Positions 13,960-29,270 of a stretch of DNA of 64,000 nucleotides are shown in pieces. The notes beneath the pieces were generated by a model that saw nothing but the letters and a program-made list of their open reading frames with translations, was not told where the DNA came from and made no database searches. The stretch lies in contig OZ024743.1 in assembly GCA_964016885.1 (NCBI GenBank), positions 69,812,001 to 69,876,000 on the forward strand, in the 5' to 3' direction. Position 1 is the stretch's first letter. Each line of letters starts with the position of its first letter. A program made the translations under genes and the position numbers. Origin of the DNA: Eledone cirrhosa (Eukaryota).

Positions 13960-16065
13960 AAACAAGGCCAACTCCATCTGGTTCGACATCTGTAGTAGAA
14001 TACAACTCCCAAATATATTTAAGTTCAATTACACCACTAGAAATAGCAGACTGCCCACTTTCTATCACCTCATCAAGAACCACAAGAATAGTATTAATTC
14101 ACAAATAAGTCCCATCGTCTCTAGCATAGAAGGACCCCTATACAAAATCTTTTGGCTTCTCTCCCAGGTCCTCAAGCCTCTACTCTCCACCTTTCCCGGG
14201 CATGTCAGTAGCTCTGACGAGGTCATACGTAGACTACACCAACTCCAGCCAGAACAACTTAAATTAAATAGATACGCCTTTAGCCTCGACGTTGTCTCCC
14301 TCTACACTACAGTCCCCGCTCATCCAACTGTCGATTTATTGACGGACTGCGTGGTCGCAGAGGACATCCACTGCTACGGCCTCCATCCAACGGACATACA
14401 CCAGCTTTTGTCCTTCACAGTGGATAACACGTATATCACCTTCCACCACCACACATACAGACAGACAACAGGATTACCCATGGGATTCAGCCTGCTGGCC
14501 ATCACTTATATGAACCAGCTAGAATGCCGAGCCCTCAACACCTGCCATTCCTCTATCTTCTTCACCCGATATGTAGATGACATACTCATCCTTACATCAT
14601 CCCGTGAGGAAGAGGATAAAATATACACGACATTCTCCAGCATAGACGCCAATATATAGTTCAGCATAGAACACCCCGATGACAGCGGATCCTTATACCT
14701 ATTGGACTTCCAACTCAGAGTAACAGAGGAAGGCAACATCCACACCTGCTTCTATAAAAAAGCCGCCAGCAGGGACCTGTTCGTACATTTCAGATCGGCC
14801 CTCCGAGCCAGCGCTAATTTCGGATACATAAGGAACGAACTACACGTATCCGGAACAAATGCACCGACGCAAGAGACCGAGACACACACACCACACATTT
14901 CCTGGAAGTACTTAAACTGAACGGATACCCGACGTCCACCGCGAACCGTGCCAGAAACAACAGAGGACACCACACCCGAGGCACAAACCCCTCCTTCCTG
15001 AAGCTCCCACACTTCAATGACGAAACAACGACAGCCATCCGCAGAGCTATCAGACGAGAGGAAATAGATATCCAACAAGCCCACTCAGGAACTTCTCGGA
15101 CAGCTACCCAAAAGACACTCCACCAGACATGACAGCCGCTGCAGGCTAGCCAACAGCCTCATCAACCTCACAGACCTATGCCACCAGGCTTACGTCGTAT
15201 ACAAATTAGAGTGCGTCAAATGCAGCAATTTCTACATAGGTAGCACCACCAGACCATTTCACATAGGAATAAAAGAATACCTCAATACTAATGTTTCTTC
15301 ATTTAAGAAACACCTAGTGAAATGCAAAAACACCGATAAAAACATAACAATTAGGATAAAAGCTAAGGAAAGAAACCTCGGCAATCTTAGAATTAAAGAA
15401 GCACTGATTATAAACAAAACGCGAAAATCAATCAATAACAGACTAGAACTCAACACCCAATGTTTAACATGATAGAGCACCTAGCCCCACACTAACACCT
15501 CCACGTACCCTCTCTCACACACAGACACGCACACGCACACACACACACACGCACACGCACACGCACACGCACTTGCTTACACCTCCACTTATTCTCTCTC
15601 ACACACATATACACACACAAAGACCAGTTTTAACATGATAGAGCCTCTAGCCCCCACATTTACATATAGACATATCCTCTCACACTCACACACACACACA
15701 AGCACACACACACACACACACATGCGCGCGCGCATGCTTACACCTTCACGTATTCTCCCACACACACTTAAATATGCATGCCCAAACCCCTTTTAAAGGG
15801 AGACAGCTCTTTATCCACCTAAACTTCACTCTTTGACTTTAGAAATAGAATGGAATTTGTGTACCATTTCCTGTCAGCATGACTTGGCAAGCTAATTTGA
15901 ACACTGGATTAACTCCTTTACTTCCCTCCGAAGAAGAAGTATTATCTCGAAAATTAAGGATATTCAAATAAATTTAAGGTAAAAGACTAATTGTCCGCAA
16001 TATCTTTTGCATTTGTATTTATATTCTATATCCATACCTGCATTGTTTTAGCCTTTTAACTCCAA
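13960..16065 (+). mobile_element. Decayed Penelope-like element (RT + GIY-YIG + putative pseudo-LTR)
   Basis: Translates to PTFYHLIKNHK..PIVS, FSLDVVSLYT, GLPMG, RYVDDIL, then VVYKLECVKCSNFYIGSTTRPF; has stops/frameshifts; HHR-like CCGAAGA..GAAA near 15925-15985; ends in (TA)n. Confidence 0.88.
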
Positions 16066-16067
16066 AC

Positions 16068-16160
<93 letters not shown>

Positions 16161-16171
16161 TATATATGTAT

Positions 16172-16313
<142 letters not shown>

Positions 16314-16719
16314 AGGTATATATATATATGTATATATATTTGTTTTTAGACTCTACCGTTTTTTTATCACTTTTTACTATCCGATTTTATATTTTTATAT
16401 ATCTTTCTCTTATTTATTTATTATCTCCTAATCTCAACTTTCTATAACGTTCCTTCTCTATTTTCTCCAGAATCCTTTTTTTGCCTACTTCCTCTGGCCT
16501 GGTTTCATACACAATCCTTAGAATTTGCTGTATAGATTTCACTTTCAACGCTTGACCGGCTCCAGCCACTCCCTCATTGTTCTACAGGCAAGTTCAGCCA
16601 CCGCCACCGCCCGCCCACTGCCATGATAGACTTAATTGTGTTTACAAGAAATTCTGACCAATCCGCTTGACAACTACTATCTTCCCATATAAGGAATTAC
16701 CCCTTGAAAAGTTCGGCTA

Positions 16720-16880
16720 TTTATTTACCACTCTAAATATTTTAATTTAGTCCAGAAATAACCGTCGAAACGGCTTGAGCTCTGCCGTAGGTGGCATACA
16801 TTTTCCTCTACTACCCTAAATATTGAATACTCTGGTGCGTTATGGTCCATCTGTTTCCTTACCACAACTCCTTCGTTATA
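16720..16880 (+). repeat. Family I repeat with degenerate HHR
   Basis: CCACT...GAAA-CGGC ttgagctct GCCG-TA-GGTGG keeps stems I and III but the CUGANGA box has decayed; 3' end shared with 1960-2060 and 52520-52592. Confidence 0.55.
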
Positions 16881-17016
16881 TATATACATATTTCTTAAGC
16901 CACAATTCTTTGACAACGTTATCAATGTGATATATGTAGAACAAGAGCGAGAAAGAGAGAGGAGGAGGTTGACAGTAGAGAGATAGAGAGTAGGAGAGTG
17001 GATGAGAGAGAGTGAG

Positions 17017-17111
<95 letters not shown>

Positions 17112-18249
17112 AAGGGAAAATACAAGAAAAGCGGAGTCACTTTCAAAGAGAAAGAGTTGTCTCAGTCAGTTTTGCGAATGCTTAATGGTAACACAACTAT
17201 TAGTATATTAGATGTGTATGTATATATGTATACATGTATACCTGTATGTATATATGTATGTATGTATATGCATGCATGTGTGTATGTTTTTATGCATATA
17301 CGTATATATCTGACTATCCATTTATGTGTGTATGTATGTATGTAATGTATGCGTGTATGTATGTATATATGCATGTATTTATGTGTGTATGTTTGTATGT
17401 ATGAAGGAATGTATGTATATATGTAATCTTTGATTTGTTGCTTTCGATCATCCAGCTGTTGCTATTTTCGGGCACCGCCTTCAAGCGATTTTAATCAATC
17501 ATATCGACCAAGTACTTATTTCAATCAGATACTTATTGTATCAATCTACGTACTATTAAGGGGTGTGCTTACATTCTTTTTAGCCAGAAGTATTCTGGCC
17601 AAAGAAAGTTATCTTCTTTGTTATTTTCGCCATCTCGATTTCACGCGATGTTTCATCGAATTGGTTTACTCATTAGAATTTCGGAGTGAGAGCTTTGCCT
17701 TATTTGCTCCGCATCCCTGTGCTCTTAATTCAAATCACACCGAGTTCTACTTTGATTTTCATCCCTTCGAGGCCGACAAAAATATCGCCAGTCATGTAGT
17801 GTGGTAAATTCTTCCTCTGTATCTCTTTTTCATTTCCTCTGTCTCTCAATCTCTCTCACATTCTCTGTAAGAAATTGGCTGTATCTAGACATGATGTAGG
17901 ATGTGCTCAACCAGGTTTATATGTCCAAGACACTGCGTATATCACTACGATTCAATTACGATTCAATTAGTTTCCCACTCGAAGAAAAATATTCGATCAT
18001 TACCTTTTCTATATGTAAAGGTGTCTTAACTCTTGGTGGAGTTGTAGGGACACCGCCCTGAAACACAGGTTATATCTTCCAGAGAAAGAGAAAATTGACT
18101 CCAGTATTTGTACTTTACTTACTAACTTCGAACTGCTGGAATTTGAACTCAGAGAGCTGTAATCTGGAACAGATACCGAGATTTTAACGATAATTTTCTG
18201 TTTCTTTATTACCTTTAACTGATATTAAACAGGAGTGGACTAGCATAGA

Positions 18250-18770
18250 AATAATATGTCAGGACATTCAACTGTCTTCGGTGTATGGACAGACAACTTC
18301 AGGTTGTACGCTGCAGGTGATAAACAAATGAAAACGGCCTTCCAGACAGTAAACAGATTTACTACAAGAATTGATTTGAAATACGAATTAGGAAAATACG
18401 CTAAGATATACTTGAAGAGAGTAAAATTAATTAAAACACTAATATCAAGCTAGATAAAGAAACAGAAATAAAAGAATTAGACCAAACACAGACGTAGAAA
18501 TAGTTTTAAAAAATATATTCTATAAATAACAACAAAAATAATTTAGAGAAATGTCATGAAGAAAATTTTACAGACATATTAGATTAATACTAAATGTCAA
18601 AACAGGCAACGAGTTTTAATGCTCTAGCTGTAACATGTTGTAGCTATGATAGTCTCAACCTGAAAATTAATGAAGTCACAAAACATAAAAGTAAGAAAGA
18701 AATTCTTAGAATATTCCATTTAAACTCTGAGACAAACGATTATAATTGCCACAAATACAGGGGCCTTTTT
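18250..18770 (+). mobile_element. Highly degenerate R4/Dong-type non-LTR RT fragment
   Basis: DNFRLYAAGDKQMKTAFQTVNRFTTRIDLKYELGKYAKIYLKRVKL resembles the MDDLKLYA...FGLDKCAK..LKRGK segment of REL-type RTs. Confidence 0.55.
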
Positions 18771-20556
18771 AAAAAAGATTAGTATAAAATTTCTACAAGA
18801 GAACTTCAAAAATATCTAGGAAAAAATGATTGGTTCTAATTTAGGGGCAAGGCCAGATATAAATTTGGAGGAAGGAAAGGTCGATTATATCGATTACAGT
18901 ACACGACAGTTACTTTGTTTTACCAACCTTGAAAGGGTTGGAATGCAAAGTTGTACATGGTGGTATTTAGAATCAGTTCGTCGAGTTTGTGTGAAGTATT
19001 TCATTCTCCTAATCTAAAGTTATCTAGTAAGGAATAATTTCAAACGATAAACAAATGCACAAATAGTAAAAATAACAAAAGAAACATAAACGAAGCAAGA
19101 ACGTGTTTGTGTCTTGTTCTAAATCAAATCTAAGATACAAATGGAAACTCCAGGCTATCCTGTTAAGATAATGACAATATAGCGCCGTATATTGGCAATA
19201 CCTAACAACATTGAACAAGGAAGAAGAGAAGAGGAAAAGATTTGATCACTGAATAACATGCGTGTGTTTGGGATATGAAACTGATGTTGTTCCGATTCAT
19301 ACACAAGAAAACCTTCCTATGAGAAACTAAAAGAAGCAAAATACAAAACTTAACTATAGTACAAGTGGCGGTTATATAGACACAATCAATCACATAGGTT
19401 TCTATGGCTCAATCGTAGATTAAGTTTATTGCTTGTGATACGAGCCCACACCAAACCACTTCTGGTATCTTGAAACAAAACAATTCATTTTAAAGTGGTC
19501 CTATTTAAATTAAATTATTTTAATGTAAGAACCTTTTTTGTTGAATTAAATATTTTAGTAAATCCTCCAAATCATTCATTAGTGTCGTGTATTTCACAAT
19601 AAATATGATCGTAAAAATATTAAATATATATTAGTGTGTAGCGATAAGTAAATTCACCGATTTTCGATTAATCTCTCTTACTTTATCGGTCAACACCAAT
19701 TAGTCGTTATGTGAAATGTAATTATATATCGTGTTGTAAAAATACGTATTTTAATTTATTGTAAGTAATATATTATAATGTTTCATAATTAATAACAATT
19801 ATTGAGTTACTATATGAGAGCATATGATGGCAATGTTAAGCTGATTTTGCCACAGGAGGTAACATATATGAGTCTGTAGGAAATCGGCTTTGTTCTGAGA
19901 ATGAATAACTCTGTAAGTTTTAAATTATAATCTAAGAATACTTAAAATCGTTCATTCAATAATGTTTGTGCTCGAATAAATTTAGATAAGCAGCAAGCAT
20001 TATTTCTGGGAATGTTAGATGACTTTAAACAACCATGTTTATCGGGTTCTATATATTTTTAACATTATTTCCTTTTTTAAGGATCAATTAAACACATATC
20101 CTTCAGGTGGAAAAGAATGTCACACTTCTATTTTGGGATCCTTTAATCTAGAGGGAGTTACGCCTCCTGGGTACTTCTGAATAATTTCTAGTTGTCGTAG
20201 AACCACGTAGCCGAACACTAGAAACAGAGTCATATTAACCTGGTTAGCTTAGATTGTGTGTCCTTAGAAATGCTACACATTTAGTATGTATTTCTATATG
20301 TCGAATCCAATGTATTTTCCAGATTTCACACCCAATATCGATTATCTGCTGATTAATGGATAACTCTAGGACCCCCCCCCCCCACATATATATATATATA
20401 TATGCAAAAGTTTTATTTAAATTGTTGGGATACAACAAGCAAATATTTTTATAACTGATATAAAGCACTCGACAAATATTTGGAGTAGATATACGATATT
20501 AATAAATGGTAACTATATTTATAAAACCATATTTATTTCATTATATATATTTCAAG

Positions 20557-20745
20557 AGGGCGGTGGATTGGCAGAATCGGTAGAGGGTCGGACGCCATGC
20601 TTTCCAGCATAGTTACGTCCCTTTACGATCTGAGTTCAAATCCCGCCAAGGTTGACTTTGCCTTTCATCCTTACGGGGTCGATAAAATAAAGTACCAGTA
20701 ATGCACTGGATAATTGCTGGCCTTGTGCCTAAAGTAGAAACAATT
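20557..20745 (+). mobile_element. Full-length SINE inserted into the HHR of the left arm
   Basis: SINE flanked by the duplicated word ATTATATATATTTCAAG (TSD). Confidence 0.9.
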
Positions 20746-21055
20746 ATATATATTTCAAGGATACCAAGTTACATTATGGTATGCCTTCATCAGACAAAAT
20801 ACAATATATAACAGTTTTATAAATAGACATTGACGTACCCCTTTAAAAATTGACCGTTGCTTTTGGAGGCCATCAGGATAGTGATTTGTTTACTTTAGTA
20901 AGTCATAGTGTTATGTCTCTCTCTCCATCTTTTTACTTACTTTTAACACTATGACTTACTAAAGTAAACAAATCACCATCCTGATGGCCTCCAAAAGCAA
21001 CGGTCAATTTTTAAAGGGGTACGTCAATGTCTATTTATAAAACTGTTATATATTG

Positions 21056-21120
21056 TATTTTGTCTGATGAAGGCATACCATAATGTAACTTGGTATCCTT
21101 GAAATATATATAATGAAATA
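21056..21120 (+). ncRNA. Minimal type-I hammerhead ribozyme (family B)
   Basis: TATTTTGT-CTGATGA-AGGcATACCA taatgtaact TGGTATCCT-t-GAAA-TATATA-TA-ATGAAATA. Confidence 0.8.
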
Positions 21121-21159
21121 AATATGGTTTTATAAATATAGTTTCCATTTATTAATATC

Positions 21160-21218
<59 letters not shown>

Positions 21219-22077
21219 GGTGTGGGTATGTCCTGGAGTTATCTATTAATTTGATTCTATAAGAATGAAACATTCATGATTTTCAGCAAACAGGAGGACT
21301 AGTTGGCTTTGATAAGCACCAAAAAGTGCGAAACAGAGTTCTCTCAGCTTTATCTCCTCTGTTTGCTGAAAATTATAGTAAGTGAGACTGACTGTCACTA
21401 CTCTAAAACAATAGCACAGGGTCTTCGAAATGCTTTTAATTAAGCATACAGTGTATTGAAAAATACACTATATATACATTCATATATATATCGCTATTTC
21501 AGAGCACCAATTCTAATATATATATGTATGTATGTATGCGAAAGTTAAACAGAAATAACAAAACACATTAAATTGACGAAATATATTAGTTTAACGCGTG
21601 AAATAGCATAAAGAGCGTCTTAACTTTTTTGGACATTAATCTTTCATCAGAAGATAGAGGTAGAACTAGTGGCTAAATAGAAAGGAAAAATTCATGGGAG
21701 GATGGAACGGTGGAGAATGAGGAGGAAAGGTGGAGGAAAACAACAGGTCAGCCATATATATATAAACACATATCCGTTTAGAATTTACGGTCGCAAGGAT
21801 GAACGCACAAGACTATTACAGGGCTTAATTTCATTGAGGTAGAGCCTATCCCTTGATACTTTTAGGGTTTACTCTGTACTCTAATAGAGTCATCAGTCAC
21901 ACCTCCCGGCCACTCCCACGACCCTCCCTCATATATATATATATATATATGTGTGTGTATATATAGTAAATAAATATATATATGTATACACACACACATA
22001 TATATATATGTACACACACACACACACACACGCATACACACACACACACATACACACACACACATACCCCCCCCCCC

Positions 22078-22130
<53 letters not shown>

Positions 22131-22138
22131 TCAGTCGC

Positions 22139-22185
22139 CTTCCTGATGATTTCTCCCGAATGAAACAGTCCTAGTCGTGTAGAAG
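22139..22185 (+). ncRNA. Minimal type-I hammerhead ribozyme (family C)
   Basis: CTTC-CTGATGA-t-TTC tccc GAA-t-GAAA-CA gtcctagtcg TG-TA-GAAG; host repeat 22133-22277 matches 32651-32787. Confidence 0.7.
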
Positions 22186-22357
22186 CCTTTCTATGTTAAA
22201 TATTTATACTCTGCTTTGTATTGAGTACCTTACTTACTGAGGTTATTACTCCCCTTTGAACCCGGGATAAACTTAAATATATATATATATTAGAAAGTGA
22301 GGTTTTTTTTATAAAATGAAAAATAACCGAGGTGTCCTACACGATTGAAAGTATAAA

Positions 22358-22628
22358 GAAAAAAAGATGAAATCGAAAATGCAACTGGAGTCTTATTTTT
22401 AAAAAATATATATATATTTATTTGGTTACTTTACAGGTTTCGCAGTTCTTCTGCTTTTCAAAAGTAGAGTTGAGATGGAGGGTCTGTGGTTTTTCACAGA
22501 CCCTCCATCTCAACTTTACTTTTGAAAAGCAGAAGAACTGCGAAACCGGTAAAGGAACCAAATAAATATATATATATTTTTTTAAAATAAGGCTCCAGTT
22601 GCATTTTCGATTTCATCTTTTTTTTATT
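22358..22628. mobile_element. Family D fold-back element with degenerate HHR
   Basis: Arms 22358-22489 and 22495-22628 are reverse complements; TTGAAAA-GCAG aagaa CTGC-GAAA-CCGG-TA; related copy at 160-270. Confidence 0.75.
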
Positions 22629-22629
22629 T

Positions 22630-22678
<49 letters not shown>

Positions 22679-22985
22679 CATACATGTCCAATACATTTTA
22701 ATCATAATTATTAGACATTAGTACTACAGTAATACTTCAATCAAAGAATGTTAACTAGTAACTAGTAACAGAGACAGATATATTCCACTGGCATAGAATA
22801 TATTGGGATAAGCTCTAGATATTATAGATATTAGCAATGTTTTAAATACATCGTATTACATCGTATTTACTGAGAGCTAAATTATTATCAGATTTCCTGC
22901 TCAACATACTTCGTGGTAATCTTGTTATATGCATACTCAAACTCACCCACACAGCCACATATATACATTTGTTCATATATATATG

Positions 22986-23024
<39 letters not shown>

Positions 23025-23193
23025 TATATATATACATATATATATGTATATAATATATACATCTTTATATAAAGCATCATATATATAGATACATATATAT
23101 ACACATATACAGACACAGACACGCACGCATATATATATATATATATATTTATTTATTTATTTGTTTATTTATATATGTATATATATTTATATT

Positions 23194-23259
<66 letters not shown>

Positions 23260-23262
23260 CAA

Positions 23263-23313
<51 letters not shown>

Positions 23314-23339
23314 TATATATATATATATATATATATATA

Positions 23340-24103
<764 letters not shown>

Positions 24104-24106
24104 TTG

Positions 24107-24292
<186 letters not shown>

Positions 24293-24295
24293 CAA

Positions 24296-24383
<88 letters not shown>

Positions 24384-24420
24384 TTATTTTTTTATTTATA
24401 TATGTATATATATTTATATT

Positions 24421-24522
<102 letters not shown>

Positions 24523-25337
24523 TATGTATATACAGAGTGAGAGACTGATTTGTCGTTAGTTTTATGAAAGAAAATAAAAGCCTTATTAATGTAAGAAACC
24601 AGTTACAACTCTCTTTCCCCGCTCTCCCAGCCACCACGACAACCACCATTACTACCACCACCACCACCATTATCACCACCACCACCATTAAACTACCACC
24701 CACCTCCACCACCACCTTCATGTTCTCTCTCTTACACCTTCTCTCATTATCTAACTATCCACATCATGATGCACCTAGCCTCTGGATTAGTCGCAGTTGT
24801 ATATAACTTACATTATTTATCATCTCTTTAGAAAGTGCAGATCATATCTCATATTCTACATAGATTTCATGGGGCAGAAGTATAACCGACTCACTGACGC
24901 ACATATACAGATACGCTACTATATATATATATATATATATATATACGCGCATATATATGGAAACACACGCCCACGTACACACAATCACACAGACACAGAC
25001 ACACACATATATATACACATATATATATATATATAATCTTTATATGTTTTAAGTATTTCCGGAGAAAAAAAGAAAAAAAGAGTGCTCTATGTATTGTACA
25101 GAGCTATTTGGTTACATGGTGGACAATACATATGGTTGTTTAATTGTCGAGGGTCTTAGGAAGCTGTGTGATTCTTTCCAGAACATCATTTTCGATATAT
25201 ATGTATATGTATATATATACACAGAGGTATCCACAGTAAGTTGTGGGTCTATTCTGCATGAAGAACTCGATGTAATCCATTCGTAAAGCAGTGAAGTACA
25301 TCTCTAATGACTTGATTTTTTTATTTCATTGTTTTAA

Positions 25338-25437
<100 letters not shown>

Positions 25438-25607
25438 CAAATAGTAGACAGGAAAAACAATGTTTCAGTCGAAAATGTTGAAGAGCTTCTTTCAGTGAAA
25501 TATGAAAACATTAATTTATTTACAATACCGGTTTCAGCATTATATGCATTGGCAATTGCGGATATGCAGAATATTAAGTTGCATATTTGTACAAATAGTG
25601 ATAATAA

Positions 25608-25785
25608 TTGTTTCTACTTTAGGCACAAGGCCAGCAATTACCCAGTGCATTACTGGTACTTTATTTTATCGATCCCGTAAGGATGAAAGGCAAAGTCAGC
25701 CTCGGCGGGATTTGAACTCAGATCGTAAAGGGACGTAACTATGCTGGAAAGCATGGCGTCCGACTCTCAACCGATACTGCCAACA
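25608..25785 (-). mobile_element. Full-length SINE copy
   Basis: SINE core; flanked by TGATAATAA repeats. Confidence 0.85.
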
Positions 25786-25881
25786 CAATGATAATAACAA
25801 CAAAAAATATATAGAGAGAGAGGGGGAGAAAAATTAATTTTCCCATTAATTTTCACATTTTGTGTTGGTATGTAAACAGCA

Positions 25882-25925
25882 CTGCAGACACTAATGTTTC
25901 TGGCTATCACCCTTCATCAGTACAG
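25882..25925 (-). ncRNA. Minimal type-I hammerhead ribozyme (family F)
   Basis: Minus strand: CTGTA-CTGATGA-a-GG gtgatag CC-a-GAAA-CA ttag TG-TC-TGCAG; GUC triplet. Confidence 0.7.
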
Positions 25926-28900
25926 CTCACTGTTCATCTGGCAACTGTCAGAGCTAGTGAAAATATATGCTATTTTCAAAAATACACAGTGATTGATCGG
26001 CCTGATTTGCATATTAGCAGACTGGCTGATCAGTCAGATCTGCATATTAGCAGATCCATTGATCAGCTAGATGTGCGAGTCAGCAGGCTGGCTAGTTTGT
26101 TTCCTGTATAGGAGCGATAAATGGCCGGCTTGGTCAAAAAAAAAAAAAAAAAATGTTCGCCCTAACCTGAGATTTTCGAATATTAATAATAACATTTTTA
26201 TAATAACAACAGCAAGAATGAAGTGTTCATTTACATATAATACAGAGGGTACGTGTGAGAAAGCTTATAAAATACATAATAGCAATTTACATAACTGTTA
26301 GAGATTAATATAATTTAAATTATTGAAGAAAGAAGAAAGAAAGAAGAAAGACCGAGAGAAACAGATGAGGGGAAAATATAGTTACTAGAAGTATAGAAAG
26401 CAAAAGAGAATTGATCAAGGATAGAGAGACAAGGAGGAATAATTTTTACAATGTAAATCATAGGGAGAGAGGTTTGTATTGTCGTGGATGAATAGGGTGT
26501 GGTTAGATAATGCAAAAATTATATATATCTATACAAACACATGAATATACATTTAGGCATAGCTTTGTGAAAGAGTAAACTCGACTCTTTGAATTATTGA
26601 ATTATCTAGAAGTATCCATCAATCTAAATATTAAATATATCTCGGTCTAATTATATGAGGGTTTAATTTCGAGTCCTTAGTTAATTAGAAATATACTAAC
26701 AATTAATTATATACACTATATATATCCAAACGTATCCGGCTGACCGTTAAGTTTCAAATCATTTATGCTAGATTAGAATAATGAATTAATCAAAATGTAT
26801 AATATTTCAGGCTATAAAAGTTTATAATATCTATATTAATATTAAAGTATACTATCATATTTAATTTATAAAATCATATTTAAAATATTTCCAAACATGA
26901 GAAGGAAGACTTAATATTTTCATCCTCACGAAGGTAATCCATATTAAATTATATTATTTTATATTATATTAAAAAGAAATTTTATATTGAAATAATTCAC
27001 ATTATATAATTTAGAAAATAATTACAGTTATAACCTTAACAAATTTTAAATTAACAATTAGAATGCCTTAAAGTATCTAAAGGCCTTATAATTAAACTTA
27101 AAAAAGGGTATTATTAAATTAAATATATAAATGTGTCTAAATATATACAGAGAGCATATTGTCTAAAGTTCAAGACGGTATTAGTCAGTTATACATAACA
27201 TAATATAATATAATATAATAAATAAGTTTCTGTTAATATTGTTAAAAATTAAGGTTCTAGATCAATTATTATATTAGGATCATGTAATAATATATGCTAT
27301 AAATATACAAATCAAACTTCATGAATTATAAGGATAAGAACCAGATTCAAAGTAAAAAAGTAAATTGTTTGCGATTATAAAAGTGCCAAATATCTAAGCT
27401 ATATAATTTAAAAATACAAGAAAATGTTTCAAGGATTTATATTGTAGTATAATATCATATTTAAAGTGTCTGCAAACATGAGAAAGAGAAAACTTAAGAT
27501 TTTCATTGACCCGAATTTAATTAAATAAAAAAATAATAATCGTTATATAATTTAGAAAATATTTAACAATTATAACACTAGAATGTCCTTAAGTATCTAA
27601 AGTATTTATAAATGTAGCTAGAAGCATGTTATTATACTAGATGTACACATTTGTCCAAATATATATAGAGTATTCTGTTCGGAACTCAAGACGATATTAG
27701 TGATCCATATACATATAATAAATAATAAATACAATCATTGTTAGTAAAGTTATAATTGAAGTTTTACATCAAGTTAAGTGGAAAAAGTGTGTCGACTAGG
27801 ATTGTGTGCGACGCATATACTATAAATATATATAAATAAATATATATATATATAAATCTAACATCTTGAATCATAAAACTAACATACTCCAAAAGAATAA
27901 ATACACAAACACATAAATGAATGACTGATTTACGTTTCTTTACAACCGTTAACCATATAAGTTATATATTAAAAAAATATATACAAGAATCCCAATCAAA
28001 TTAAATGTATCTACACAATCAAATGATATGCATATTCACCAAGAGATCATGTTAATAATCTATATGTTTATATACCTATATATAACCCATTAATCTAACA
28101 TTAATCATAACATAAATGAATAAAAAAATTAGAACCTATTTATTTAGTGTTTTTCCTGACTTTTTGCGAGGCTTGGAATGTAGAGGAAGCTTTATGAAGG
28201 CATTTTGAGAATAATTCACTTTGTTGTTAATTACATTTTCATAATTATTAATTATTAATAGGGTATCCATGGTACAGGGATTGCAGTTAGGTGATATTGA
28301 AGAGTTCAAGTAGATTCGACTATTACACAGCTTCGACCAAGAAATGTAGTATTTTAAATTTTTGTCTTTTAACGACCATATAAGTTGTGATAAAGAAGTC
28401 GAAGATTTCCTATTAGAATTCGAAAAAGAGTATTTGTGATTCGAAAATCTTGATTTTAATGTCGATGAAGTTGCACCAATATAGTTGTATGTGATGTTAT
28501 TTGCTTTTACGGTGCATTTATAGACCAGATTGCTATCCAGACAATTATTTTGCAGAGAGCAATTTGGTCTATTTCTACAATTACATTTCGATTTATTGTT
28601 ATAAATTGGACAACTTACATTAACATTAATATTACTTTGAAGTGTTCTATTGATTGTGCTTAGATTAATGTTATTGTTATTCCTAGTATTAATATTGCTA
28701 GTGTTATTATATTCATTATCGTTAAATATTTGTTGATTATGATTTAGGATTCTACTATTTATTTTTGCGATGTTCTGGGCTATATTCATAGTTGTAGAAT
28801 AAGAAAGCTTAATTGTGTGTCTGTTAAATATGGAACGGTATGTGTGTTGAATGGGGAAGGATTTATCTAAAGCTTTAAAGAATAGATTTGGGAGTGGTGT

Positions 28901-29099
28901 TTTTATTGCTACAGAAGCTGGGGGAGGAGGGGTGGGGGCAAACCATATAACTGATTTAGTTCTGATTTTTTCCCCGATTTATTCACGGTATTGGTGTTTG
29001 TATTATAATTTTTAGAATTTCGTTTATATATGTTAGTCTTATTTTCATCAGGATCATAATTCAAATTATAATTATCTATATATTCAATATTATTTTTAT

Positions 29100-29270
29100 A
29101 TCGGTAGAAGGTCGGACGCCATGCTTTGACACATAGAGTTACGGCCCATGCCATTCTGAGTTCAAATCCCGCCGAGGTTAACTTTGTCTTTCATCCTTAC
29201 GGGGGTCGATAAAATAAAGTACCAGTAATGCACTGGGTAATTTCTGGCCTTGTGCCAAAAGTAGAAACAC
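29100..29270 (+). mobile_element. SINE inserted into the PLE ORF
   Basis: SINE core flanked by TTATTTTTATA on both sides. Confidence 0.85.

Larger units (their letters stand above)
20404..21162. mobile_element. Family B fold-back element (inverted arms around spacer 20914-20943)
   Basis: 20944-21162 is a near-perfect reverse complement of the left arm once the SINE is removed; (TA)n flanks. Confidence 0.85.

Noticed and set aside
21620-21900. Two minus-strand CTGATGA motifs (~21645, ~21892) as hammerheads
   Set aside because: GAAA box and/or NUH-stem I pairing missing; at most decayed relics. The same applies to ~3383.
25089-25286. 65-aa ORF as a host exon
   Set aside because: No recognisable homology or clear donor; runs into TA repeat.
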